NCBI GenBank assembly: GCA_003009755.1 | Contig: PXUB01000026.1 | Span: 1-37,664 of the forward strand | Direction of reading: 5' to 3' | DNA: 37,664 nt | From: Thermoplasmatales archaeon SW_10_69_26 | GTDB lineage: Archaea; Thermoplasmatota; SW-10-69-26 | In this document: positions 1 to 8,100 of the stretch, piece by piece | How the letters are laid out: every line of letters begins with the position of its first letter | Numbering within the stretch: position 1 is the stretch's first letter | Translations under genes and position numbers: made by a program | Notes under the pieces: generated by a model | What the model was told of the DNA's origin: nothing | The model's input: the letters and a program-made list of their open reading frames with translations, nothing else | Databases searched by the model: none

Positions 1-177
1 CGTACTCGTCTGAGACCGAGCGCGCGGTGTCCATCAGCCCTCTGCCGCGGTTGGAGACCGCCCTCCGCAGTGGGAACGGCGGTCCCCAACTTCGTACGAA
101 CGACCATCGCCTCGATGTCCACGGTCGTTCGTACTCGTCTGAGACCGAGCGCGCGGTGCCACCGCTCGGTCTCAGAC
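1..177. repeat. 29-bp direct repeat plus three consecutive GC-rich hairpins downstream of the Lrp gene
   Basis: CGTACTCGTCTGAGACCGAGCGCGCGGTG occurs at 1-29 and 130-158. Inverted repeats lie at 50-62/78-90 (one mismatch), 94-105/123-134 (12 bp perfect) and 137-151/163-177 (15 bp perfect, overlapping the Lrp stop codon). Confidence 0.75.
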
Positions 178-615
178 CTCTTCCTTCCACGTGCGGAACA
201 CGGCGGAGGTCTGGGTCTGGCCGACGCCGCCGAGGTCGCGGACGCGGTCGATGACGAGGTCGCCGATCTGCTCGAGGCTTTCGCCGCGGACCTTGGCGAT
301 GATGTCCCAGTCGCCGGAGATCATGTGGACCTCGTAGACGGCGTCGATGTCGCCCAGTTCGGCGGCGACGTCCTCCTGGCTGACGGAGGATCGGGCGTCG
401 TAGGTGAGGAAGACGAAGGCGGTCGTGGCTTCGCCAAGCGCCTCGTAGTCGGGGATCACGGTGTACTGGCGGACGATGCCGCGGTCCTCCATGCGCGTGA
501 TCCGGTCGTGGACCGTGGTGCGAGGGATGCCGGTCGTCTCGGCGATCGCTTTGGTCGTCTCTTGGGCATCCTCGCGGAGCGCTTCCAGGATGCGCCGGTC
601 CTTGTCGTCGAGCAC
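172..615 (-). CDS. Lrp/AsnC family transcriptional regulator (147 aa)
   Basis: LDDKDRRILEALREDA...IAETTGIPRTTVHDRITRMEDRGIV HTH, then a RAM domain (VHMISGDWDIIAKV). The start is trimmed to GTG at 615 because TTTATA lies 26 nt upstream. Confidence 0.93.
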   Translation of the reverse strand: MLDDKDRRILEALREDAQETTKAIAETTGIPRTTVHDRITRMEDRGIVRQYTVIPDYEALGEATTAFVFLTYDARSSVSQEDVAAELGDIDAVYEVHMISGDWDIIAKVRGESLEQIGDLVIDRVRDLGGVGQTQTSAVFRTWKEEV

Positions 616-640
616 GCTCGTCGGACCAGCGGACGCCTCG

Positions 641-646
641 TATAAA
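641..646 (-). promoter_or_regulatory. TATA box for a leaderless Lrp transcript
   Basis: TTTATA on the minus strand, 26 nt upstream of the GTG at 615, in an otherwise very GC-rich context. Confidence 0.7.
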
Positions 647-779
647 GGATTGTCAGAACTCCGACGGGGGAGGGGAGGACCGGCCAAAGCGACGTCCTCC
701 CCGCCCTCGTGGAGCGATGCCACAGGCTCAGCTGCGCCCGATGAAGGGATGAGGCTCGTGCCGGCGCGTGTGTTGGACC

Positions 780-1211
780 TCAGATCAGGACCTTGTCGGA
801 GTGGTCCTGCCAGTCGCCGGGGTTGTCGTGGGCTTGACTGGTGCACTCGTACCCGGACCGTTGCAGACCGGAGAAGCCGTTCGTCTCGAGCCAGATGACG
901 CCGGGCGTCAGGGCATCGGCGCCCTCGCCGCCGCCCTGGCCCCCGTCGGCAGAGTGGACGTAGGCCTGCACCGAGGCATCGCCGGTCACGGCGAAGCCCA
1001 GGGACTCCTCGACGACGCTGTCGTCGGTCCACATGTGGTTGCGGACACCCGTGCACTTCTCGTGCGCGGGCGGGTCCTCGTCACTGTGCTCGCACCGCCA
1101 GTTGCGGTCTCGGTCGTCGCACTCGCCGGGATAGGCGGCCTCGTGGGCCACGGCCGGGACGGCAACCGTCACCAGCCCGACGGCCAGCGCGAACGCGATC
1201 ATCCTCTTCAT
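780..1211 (-). CDS. Secreted hypothetical protein, Cys/His-containing (143 aa)
   Basis: GGAGGA RBS before ATG 1211; signal peptide MKRMIAFALAVGLVTVAVPAVA; acidic mature part with 4 Cys and the motif IWLETNGFSGLQR. Confidence 0.75.
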   Translation of the reverse strand: MKRMIAFALAVGLVTVAVPAVAHEAAYPGECDDRDRNWRCEHSDEDPPAHEKCTGVRNHMWTDDSVVEESLGFAVTGDASVQAYVHSADGGQGGGEGADALTPGVIWLETNGFSGLQRSGYECTSQAHDNPGDWQDHSDKVLI

Positions 1212-1328
1212 GGGATCCTCCACCGGTGCGTTCACCAGCTCCCCCATCACCCATCGCCTGTCACGGCTCGGTAGTGACATGGACCGACCGACGGGAACCG
1301 GCCAGGGCCTCGGGGGGGGACCCGGACG

Positions 1329-1496
1329 CCGGCTGTCTCGTTAGGCAGGGGCCGCGAAGGACACAAAGGATCGCCAAGGCCACGAAGGGCCTGTGACTCG
1401 CCGCCGGGCGGCCTTGTCACGGCAGCTGCTCGCCTTTGTGCCCTGGCGTCCCCTCGCGTACTTGGTGGTCCCCCCGTTTCTTATCCTTACAGCCCG
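1329..1496. mobile_element. MITE-like non-autonomous element, copy 1 (168 bp)
   Basis: About 94% identical (10 substitutions, no indels) to 15600-15767. Imperfect terminal inverted repeats CCGGCTGTCTCGTTAG / (rc) CGGGCTGTAAGGATAAG. Flanked by the direct repeat ACCCGGACG at 1320-1328 and 1497-1505 (10 bp if the boundary G is counted). Confidence 0.8.
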
Positions 1497-1545
1497 ACCC
1501 GGACGACAGGAAAGTTCTAAGGGCTACGCCGGATAAGGGTCGCTC

Positions 1546-1872
1546 ATGGGCGCTGACGGCTCGCCGACCCAGCTCACCGACGACGAATTCGATGGCTTCG
1601 TGAACGGCAACGACGTCGCTCTCATCGACTTCTGGGCCCCCTGGTGTGGCCCTTGCAAGCAGATGGAGCCGATCCTCGACGAGCTGGCCGAGGAGCGGGA
1701 CGACATCGCCATCGGCAAGATCAACACCGACGACAACCCCCAGACCCCGCAGAAGTTCGGGGTCATGTCGATCCCGACGCTGCTTCTCATGGTCGACGGG
1801 GAGGTCGTGGATCAGATGGTCGGTGCCCTGCCGAAAGAGGACATCGTCGAGCGCCTCGACAAGAACACGTGA
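1546..1872 (+). CDS. trxA: Thioredoxin
   Basis: DFWAPWCGPCK active site, GVMSIPTL cis-Pro motif, 108 aa; TATA-like TTCTAAG at 1515-1521. Confidence 0.96.
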   Translation: MGADGSPTQLTDDEFDGFVNGNDVALIDFWAPWCGPCKQMEPILDELAEERDDIAIGKINTDDNPQTPQKFGVMSIPTLLLMVDGEVVDQMVGALPKEDIVERLDKNT

Positions 1873-1881
1873 GGCCGCGGG

Positions 1882-2784
1882 TCAGTCCGGCATCACGGGC
1901 CGGACGCCGGCCACGATCCGTCCCCGGATCGTCTCCCAGGTGAGCGCGAGCACGACGAGCCCGAGCACCGAGATCACGCCGACAGCGACCAGCAGCGCGG
2001 CCGAGCCAGCGCCGGGGTCGACGGAGAAGTAGAACAGGTTCACGCCGGCGTGACCGACCATGCAGGCGCCCAGGCCACCGATTGACCGCAGCGCGCCCAT
2101 GCCGAGACCGAAGACGAGCGGGCCCAGCAGGTGGGCCAGGCTCGTGTAGCTGGCGTGCGCGAGAGCGAAGATCACGGCTTGGGCGAGCAGGGCGACCCAG
2201 GCGCCGCGGGCCCCGGGCCACAGGGTCTCGAGGCCGCCTTGGAGGAGGTTGCGGTAGTACAGCTCCTCGGCGACGGCGGGCGTGACCGACAACAGGACGA
2301 CGTGGACGAGGGTGGCGTTGGCGAACAGGGCGCTCTCGTCGGCGGTCTGCAGGAAGGAGGCCGGTCCCTGGAGCGCGGCCAGTGCCAGGCCCTCGGCGGC
2401 GACGATGAGAGGGACGGCCGCCCAGCCGAGGGTGAGATCCATCGACCAGGCCGAGGCTCGCCGACGGAACGGGGCCAGGAACCGCCCGGCGGTCTCCTGG
2501 GCCCCCAGCGCGGCCGCGAGGGCGAGCCCGGTGAGGGGGACGAGCAGGTTGCTCTCGACGATGTTCCACGGCATCCGGGCCAGCTGTCGGGGCGTCAGGG
2601 CCTTCAGCGTGGTCGGCTGGCCGACGAGCTCGGCGACGTGGACGAAGTCGAGGATCGCGTCGGTGGCCGGGTAGAGGATGGCCCCGATAGCGATCGCAGC
2701 CGGCAGGCAGGCACGCTCGTCCCGGGCGAGCCAGAGCAGCGCCCCGGCGAGCGCGGTCGCGCCGGCCAGCAGCGTCTGGCTCAT
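1882..2784 (-). CDS. CPBP (CAAX protease/Abi) family intramembrane glutamic metalloprotease (300 aa)
   Basis: Motifs EELYYR, FALAH and HAGVN in a multi-TM protein. The ATG at 2784 overlaps the rpe stop (ATGA). Confidence 0.88.
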   Translation of the reverse strand: MSQTLLAGATALAGALLWLARDERACLPAAIAIGAILYPATDAILDFVHVAELVGQPTTLKALTPRQLARMPWNIVESNLLVPLTGLALAAALGAQETAGRFLAPFRRRASAWSMDLTLGWAAVPLIVAAEGLALAALQGPASFLQTADESALFANATLVHVVLLSVTPAVAEELYYRNLLQGGLETLWPGARGAWVALLAQAVIFALAHASYTSLAHLLGPLVFGLGMGALRSIGGLGACMVGHAGVNLFYFSVDPGAGSAALLVAVGVISVLGLVVLALTWETIRGRIVAGVRPVMPD

Positions 2785-3449
2785 GCCTGGCGGCCACGGA
2801 GCCGGGGGATGCGCTGCTCGAAGGGTTCCCCGGCCCCGAAGACGGCGGAGCCGGCGACGAGCACGTTGGCGCCGGCCTTGCGGACGCGGGGGGAGGTGTC
2901 GGGACCGATGCCGCCGTCGACCTGGAGCTCGGCACCGCTGTCGTGCTCGTCGAGCAGCTGGCGGGCCCGGCGGACCTTCTCGGGGGAGGTCTCGATGAAG
3001 TCCTGTCCGCTGAAGCCGGGGTTGACCGTCATGACGAGCAGCAGGTCCACGAGATCGACCACGTTGCGGACGACGCCGACGGGGGTGTGCGGGTTGAGCG
3101 CGACCCCGGCCTTGGCGCCGGCGTCCCGGATGCGGGTGAGGGTCCGGTTGAGGTGGGTGGCGGCCTCGGCGTGCACGGTGACGATGTCGGCACCGGCGTC
3201 GAGGAACTCCTCGAGGCGGTCGTCGGGCTCTCTCACCATGAGGTGGCAATCCAGGGGCGCGTCGGTGATCGCGTCGAGGGCCTCGACGACGGGCGCGCCG
3301 AACGTGAGGTTCGGAACGAAGCGCCCGTCCATGGCGTCGACGTGGAGGTAGTCGGCGCCGGCGTCGAGGACGGCCTGGGCTTGGTCACCGAGGCGAGCGA
3401 AGTCCGCCGACAGCAGCGAGGGTGCGACCTTGACCTGGTCGGGAGCCAT
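2781..3449 (-). CDS. rpe: Ribulose-phosphate 3-epimerase
   Basis: APSLLSADF, HVDAMDGRFVPNLTFG, DCHLM, VMTVNPGFSGQ, QVDGGI, VAGSAVF; TGATG overlap with the upstream ORF. Confidence 0.96.
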   Translation of the reverse strand: MAPDQVKVAPSLLSADFARLGDQAQAVLDAGADYLHVDAMDGRFVPNLTFGAPVVEALDAITDAPLDCHLMVREPDDRLEEFLDAGADIVTVHAEAATHLNRTLTRIRDAGAKAGVALNPHTPVGVVRNVVDLVDLLLVMTVNPGFSGQDFIETSPEKVRRARQLLDEHDSGAELQVDGGIGPDTSPRVRKAGANVLVAGSAVFGAGEPFEQRIPRLRGRQA

Positions 3450-3655
3450 CAAGGGCGCACGGGCGTGGACGCTCTAGTAGCTTGGCCTTCCTCGGGGGCG
3501 ATGTCGGCGACGGTGAGCACCGTCTCGGCTTCGGGGCCGTCGTCGGTCGTGATCCGGCGGCCGGTGTCGAGCACCGCGAGGCCGGCTTCGGCGAGCGCGT
3601 CGCTGACGAACTCGGCGTCTTCGGTCGGGACCGTGATCGTCGTCTCCCGTGTCAT
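3449..3655 (-). CDS. Small acidic hypothetical protein (68 aa), first gene of the rpe operon
   Basis: Acidic composition and host-like codons; its stop overlaps the rpe ATG, which suggests translational coupling. Confidence 0.6.
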   Translation of the reverse strand: MTRETTITVPTEDAEFVSDALAEAGLAVLDTGRRITTDDGPEAETVLTVADIAPEEGQATRASTPVRP

Positions 3656-3703
3656 GGGAACCTGTCAGGACCTCGGCGAGCCCTTCAACGGAATGGTATC
3701 GTG

Positions 3704-3777
3704 ATGTTCTCATTTTGAGAACATGTTGGGACGGGATCGCCCGCTGAATGGTTCGCTCGTGGGAACATGTTGGGACG
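3704..3777. promoter_or_regulatory. Operator-like palindrome and direct repeat
   Basis: ATGTTCTCA-TTT-TGAGAACAT (3704-3724, perfect 9-bp arms); GAACATGTTGGGACG repeated at 3719-3733 and 3763-3777. Confidence 0.65.
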
Positions 3778-3870
3778 ATAGAAGAGGGAACGAGCAGGAG
3801 AGGGCAGCGAGGGCCGCCCTTACGACCGTTTCCTATAGTTCGAAGGCGTTCGGGACGCCCTCGGAGCCCC

Positions 3871-4107
3871 TCACATGAGGGAATCGACGGTCATGTCGGA
3901 CAGCTTCTCGAGCCGCTTCCCCTCGGGATCTTCTGAGAGGATGTCGAAGTATCTCGTCAAGGCTTGCTCCACGGTCGAGCTGATGTTTTGACCCTTCAGA
4001 ACCTTCAGAGTGTGGAGCTTCACGTGGTACTCCACGGGGATCTTCACCTTGATCTCTTTCTCTTCGTCGCAGTCTTCGAGAGCGTCTTGCGTTGCGTTTC
4101 GAGCCAA
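3871..4107 (-). CDS. Small putative ribbon-helix-helix-like DNA-binding protein (78 aa)
   Basis: Strong GAGGGGTGAGG RBS before TTG 4107. KEIKVKIP (strand), VEYHVKLHTLKVLKG (helix), NISSTVEQALTRYF (helix) fits the RHH pattern. Confidence 0.65.
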   Translation of the reverse strand: MARNATQDALEDCDEEKEIKVKIPVEYHVKLHTLKVLKGQNISSTVEQALTRYFDILSEDPEGKRLEKLSDMTVDSLM

Positions 4108-4205
4108 ATTCCTCACCCCTCCCACCCCATGGGGAGTCAGCCACCCATGCGATGGGAACACACAGACAGGGTAGGGTTCACTTAACGTTTCTCCTACTTA
4201 ACCCC

Positions 4206-4226
4206 ATATTCCCATCGTGGGAACAT
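4206..4226. promoter_or_regulatory. Second operator-like palindrome between the divergent RHH and PadR genes
   Basis: ATATTCCCA-TCG-TGGGAACAT has the same arms and 3-nt spacing as 3704-3724; an extra half-site TGGGAACA is at 4153-4160. Confidence 0.6.
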
Positions 4227-4302
4227 CATGTTGTCACAGTGAGACTATTCCGTGCGGTCACGGAACAAACGTTATACGGTTCCATTCGCAGGGCCCTCTG
4301 CG

Positions 4303-4899
4303 ATGGAGCCCGTGGCCGACCAGGTCCTCGACGGCTTGCTCGAGGGGCTGGTCCTGCACGCGATCGAGCGCGATCCCAGCCACGGGTACGGGATCATCAA
4401 GGACTTGGAGGCCGCCATCGGCAAGGAGCCGAGCAAGAACCGCGTCTACCGGCTGTTGCGGGAGCTCGAGGAGGAGGGCCTGGTCGACTCCGAGGAGGAG
4501 ACCGAGGACTCGCGGACGCGGCAGGTCTACTCGCTCACGGACGAGGGCATCCAGCGCCTGGAGGCCTACCGGGATCTCCCCGGCCCGTTCACGGGCCGGC
4601 TGACGGGCTTGTTCGACGTCGACGGGACCCACGCGGCCCCCCAGACGGAGGCCAGTGATCCCCCAACGGGCCCGGACGTGGGTTCCGATTGGGTGGCCCA
4701 GCAGCTGGCGGAGCTGCCGGCCCGACCGGAGGTGCAAGCCCCGCACGCCGAGTTCTCGCTGGAGCGCAGCCCCGGCGAGGCTCGGTGGCGGTTGGTCGTG
4801 GAACGCCACGAGCCCGAGGACTACGAGGGCGCCGAGTCCTGCCCGTTGACGTACGTTTACCTCGCCATCCACCGGTTGCTTTACGGGCCGAGGAGCTGA
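4303..4899 (+). CDS. PadR family transcriptional regulator with C-terminal extension (198 aa)
   Basis: HGYGIIKDL...VYRLLRELEEEGLV...RQVYSLTDEG; TTATAC at 4272-4277 upstream of ATG 4303. Confidence 0.9.
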   Translation: MEPVADQVLDGLLEGLVLHAIERDPSHGYGIIKDLEAAIGKEPSKNRVYRLLRELEEEGLVDSEEETEDSRTRQVYSLTDEGIQRLEAYRDLPGPFTGRLTGLFDVDGTHAAPQTEASDPPTGPDVGSDWVAQQLAELPARPEVQAPHAEFSLERSPGEARWRLVVERHEPEDYEGAESCPLTYVYLAIHRLLYGPRS

Positions 4900-4902
4900 G
4901 GA

Positions 4903-5037
4903 TCAGCCGTTGTACCGCTGCCAGAGGTAGGCGATCCCCAGGGAGAGGACCGTGAACGCGACGGTGAGGGCCAACGCGAGGTAGACGACCTCGCTGACCT
5001 CGAGCTGCGAGATGTCCAGGAAGTCGAACGCGCTCAC
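4903..5037 (-). CDS. Small single-pass membrane protein (44 aa; not in the ORF track)
   Basis: Translated by hand as MSAFDFLDISQLEVSEVVYLALALTVAFTVLSLGIAYLWQRYNG. Codons are host-like (C/G-ending), GAGG precedes the GTG, and an AT-rich TTTTCAT lies about 25 nt upstream. Confidence 0.65.
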   Translation of the reverse strand: MSAFDFLDISQLEVSEVVYLALALTVAFTVLSLGIAYLWQRYNG

Positions 5038-5160
5038 GCCTCGGCGAGGCGGCCTGGAAGATGAAAAGAGCTTCGCCGGCGGCCCGGTGCACCGACAGCG
5101 GCGGAGGTCGCCGGGCAGGTTTGAGCAAGGATTAAATGGAGTGACGGGAACAGCTCGGGC

Positions 5161-8100
5161 GTGGCAAGCCTGCGGCCTGGCTCGCCGGACGGTGACGATC
5201 CGAGGGCCACCTCGGCGGCTCGCGAGCCCTCAGCCTCGGCCGGTCGCTGGCTGCTCGTGGCTCTCGCGGTGCTCGTCGCGACGTTGACGTTGGCCACCCC
5301 GGCCAGCGCCGCCGGCGAGGACCTGACGATCCCCGAGGAGTTCCGGGACGTGGTCGAGGGCGACAGCGTCCCGATCAACGTCACCTTCGGCACGCTCTCC
5401 GACGACGAGGACGACGAGGCGGACATCCGGGTCACCTGCGACGGCTGCCCGACCTGGATCCGGACCGTCACGTTCGACGAGGAGAAGGCCAACTGCGAGA
5501 CGACGGACGCCTTCGTCGACACCGAGGACGGACAGGCCAAGCGCTCGGAGGCCGTCTGCCGGATCTCGTTCCCCGAGGGCTTCCGCGACGAGGACGGAGG
5601 CCCGCGGCCAGCCGAGATCGGCGAGCCCGCGCGCACGACCACGTACGACGTACGGATGGGGGTGGCCGGCGAGGAGGCGCGGACGACGTTCCAGGCGCAC
5701 CTCTCCTCGGCCTCCACGTGTCGACCGCTGCCCGGCGAGACGAAGACCGGCGTCGGGCAACGCAGCGACGTCCTCCTGCTGTCCACGAGCGGGCACCCGC
5801 AAGGCGAGGAGGTGACCTTGACGATCCGGTCGGCCAACACCGACCTGTTCGAGCGCACGTTCCAGAGCGCGGGCGAGTCGATCGCCTACCACTTCCGCTG
5901 GCAGGTTCCGCTGGATCTCCCGATCGAGGGCGACGGCCGCGAAGCCACGCTCATCGTGGATGCCGCCAGCGGCGGCGAGACCGAGACGATCGCGTTGCGC
6001 CCCGCCGTCGCCCAGGCGAGTCCGTTCCTGCAACCCGGCCGGTTCAACCAATCGGTGGAGTACAACCGGACCCAGGAGGTCAACGTCCAGACCGGGTTCG
6101 ACTTCTTCGCGGCCCCCCAGGACTGCAAGGACGTCGCCTGGAACCGGGACATCCAGCCGGTGAGGGAGGACCAGGTCGGGGACGATCCTCCGCGCGTGCT
6201 CGTCCGACGGCTCAGCGAGGCGCCCGGCTCGCCCCCGGTGGAGACGGTGGACACGGCCGACACCGTGTTCCGAGCCTCCGACGACTTCTTCCTCGTCAAC
6301 TACACGATCCCACGGGACGCCGACGCCACCGAGGCCGAGGAGGAGGACCCCGTCTACGACGTCAAGTTCGAGGAGACCGAGCTCGCCGACGGCAACTACA
6401 TCGGCGAGTGGAACTCCACCGACTACGAGGTCTACCCCTACGAGATCGAGCCGGAGTTCGCTGTCCTGCAGGAGGAGGTCGAGCGCCTGGAGACCGCCAG
6501 CCTGGTCATGAACCTCACCTACGCCGACGGGAGCACGTTCACGCCGGCGGACGCCGACGGGGACCTCGAGGTGGCCTTCGGGTTGGAAGGCGAGGATCCC
6601 GAGTTCCAGCAGGTCGCCAACCACCGCGGAGACGGGGTGTGGAACGTCTCCTTCGACCTCGGGTTCGACTACGAGCCGCTGGGCGAGTACACCTGGCGCA
6701 TCAGCGAGCTTCGCGACAACAACGGACCCCGGGGCGAGCGGAACCGCGTCCCCGAGACCGTCACCGACGTCGTCGACGTCGTGAGCGCCCGCCCCCGGCT
6801 GAACGTGACCACGATCGTGGACGACACGCGGGTGGAAAGCGTGGAGCGAACCCAGCGCGTGCAGGTGCGCGTGGATGCGCGTTTCCAGAACGGACAGCCG
6901 CTCACCGAGGAGAACATCGACCCTGCGATCGGCGGGATCGGGCTCGACGTCGACAAGCGCAACGAGTTCGGGCGCGTCGTCGACCAGGACAGCTACGTGA
7001 TGAAGCACGCCGGGGATCCCGGCACCTGGATCGAGTCCTTCCGGATCGGACGCAGCCCCTCCAGCGCCCCGGTCGGGACCTGGGATCTGAGCTTCGAGGC
7101 CCGCGACGACCGGACGCCGGCGAACGAGAACGTCACCTCGGTCCCATTCCGGGTGAACCCCGCGAACGTGACGGTGGCGGACCAGAAGGCGCCCCCGCAA
7201 CTGGTGAACAGCTCGCAGGTCTCCTACGAGTTCCGGCTCAACTACCCGGACGGCTCCCTGGTGTCCGAGCGCCTCGTCGACGAGTCCCGCGGAGGCCAGC
7301 TCGACGTCCGGCTCGAGCGCGTGACCCGGGCCGACCAGCCGGCCACCGTCGAGCGCGAGCTCGAGCCCCGCCCGGTCGCCGGGGGGCAGGCTTGGCGGGT
7401 TCAGATGAACACGTCCAAGATCGTGCCGGGCACCCACTTCTTCAACGTCACCGGCCAGGACGTGCACGGGAACGCGATCGGGCCGCAGGCCAGCGACCTG
7501 TTCACGGTCCTGTTCAACGGCGAGTTCCGCAACTCGACGACGCCGATCTGCCCCGAATCCGAGCAGGGTTGCTCGGTGCAGCGCGGCGAGACGGTGTACG
7601 TCGTCTTCCCGGGCGCCTCCGGCGACCAGGGCATGTTCGGCGAGCGGCCGGAGATCCGCGTCCTCCGCCAGGACGAGGAGTCCGGGCGGTGGATTTTGTT
7701 CCGCGAAGACGTGTGGCTGTCCTCCCAACAGTTCTTCAACCAGACCGGCCGCGACGCCGGCAACAACCACGTCGGTCGGTTCTCCACCGATCGGTCCACG
7801 CCGGCGGACACCTACCGGCTCGTCATGCTCGGTCGCGACAACGATGATCGTGGCTTCGTCGGGTACTCGCAGACCTTCAACGTCACGCGCGTCCCGGTCG
7901 AGCGCGAGATCGTGCAACCGTTCCCGGATCGGGCGAAGAAGACCGAGGAGATCGCAGCCCGGATCGAGAGCCGCGCGGGCGACGTCATCGACTCGACCGT
8001 CGTGGACGCGGGCCCGATCCGCGCTCGCAACATCCAGACGGACACGACGGGGGTGGGCACGTTCCTGCGCTGGCAGCCGCCCAGCACCTTCCCGACCGGG

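Noticed and set aside
1-158. 29-bp repeat as a CRISPR array
   Set aside because: Only two copies, a 100-nt spacer that is itself made of hairpins, and no cas genes in the window.
616-1056. N-terminal 147-aa extension of the Lrp ORF
   Set aside because: Arg/Gly-rich non-coding-like sequence that overlaps another gene; a TATA box sits 26 nt before the internal GTG.
1329-1496. 168-bp repeat as a riboswitch, SRP RNA, 5S rRNA or tRNA
   Set aside because: No recognisable consensus. Copy 2 has no downstream gene on the folding strand, and TSDs plus TIRs explain it better as a mobile element.
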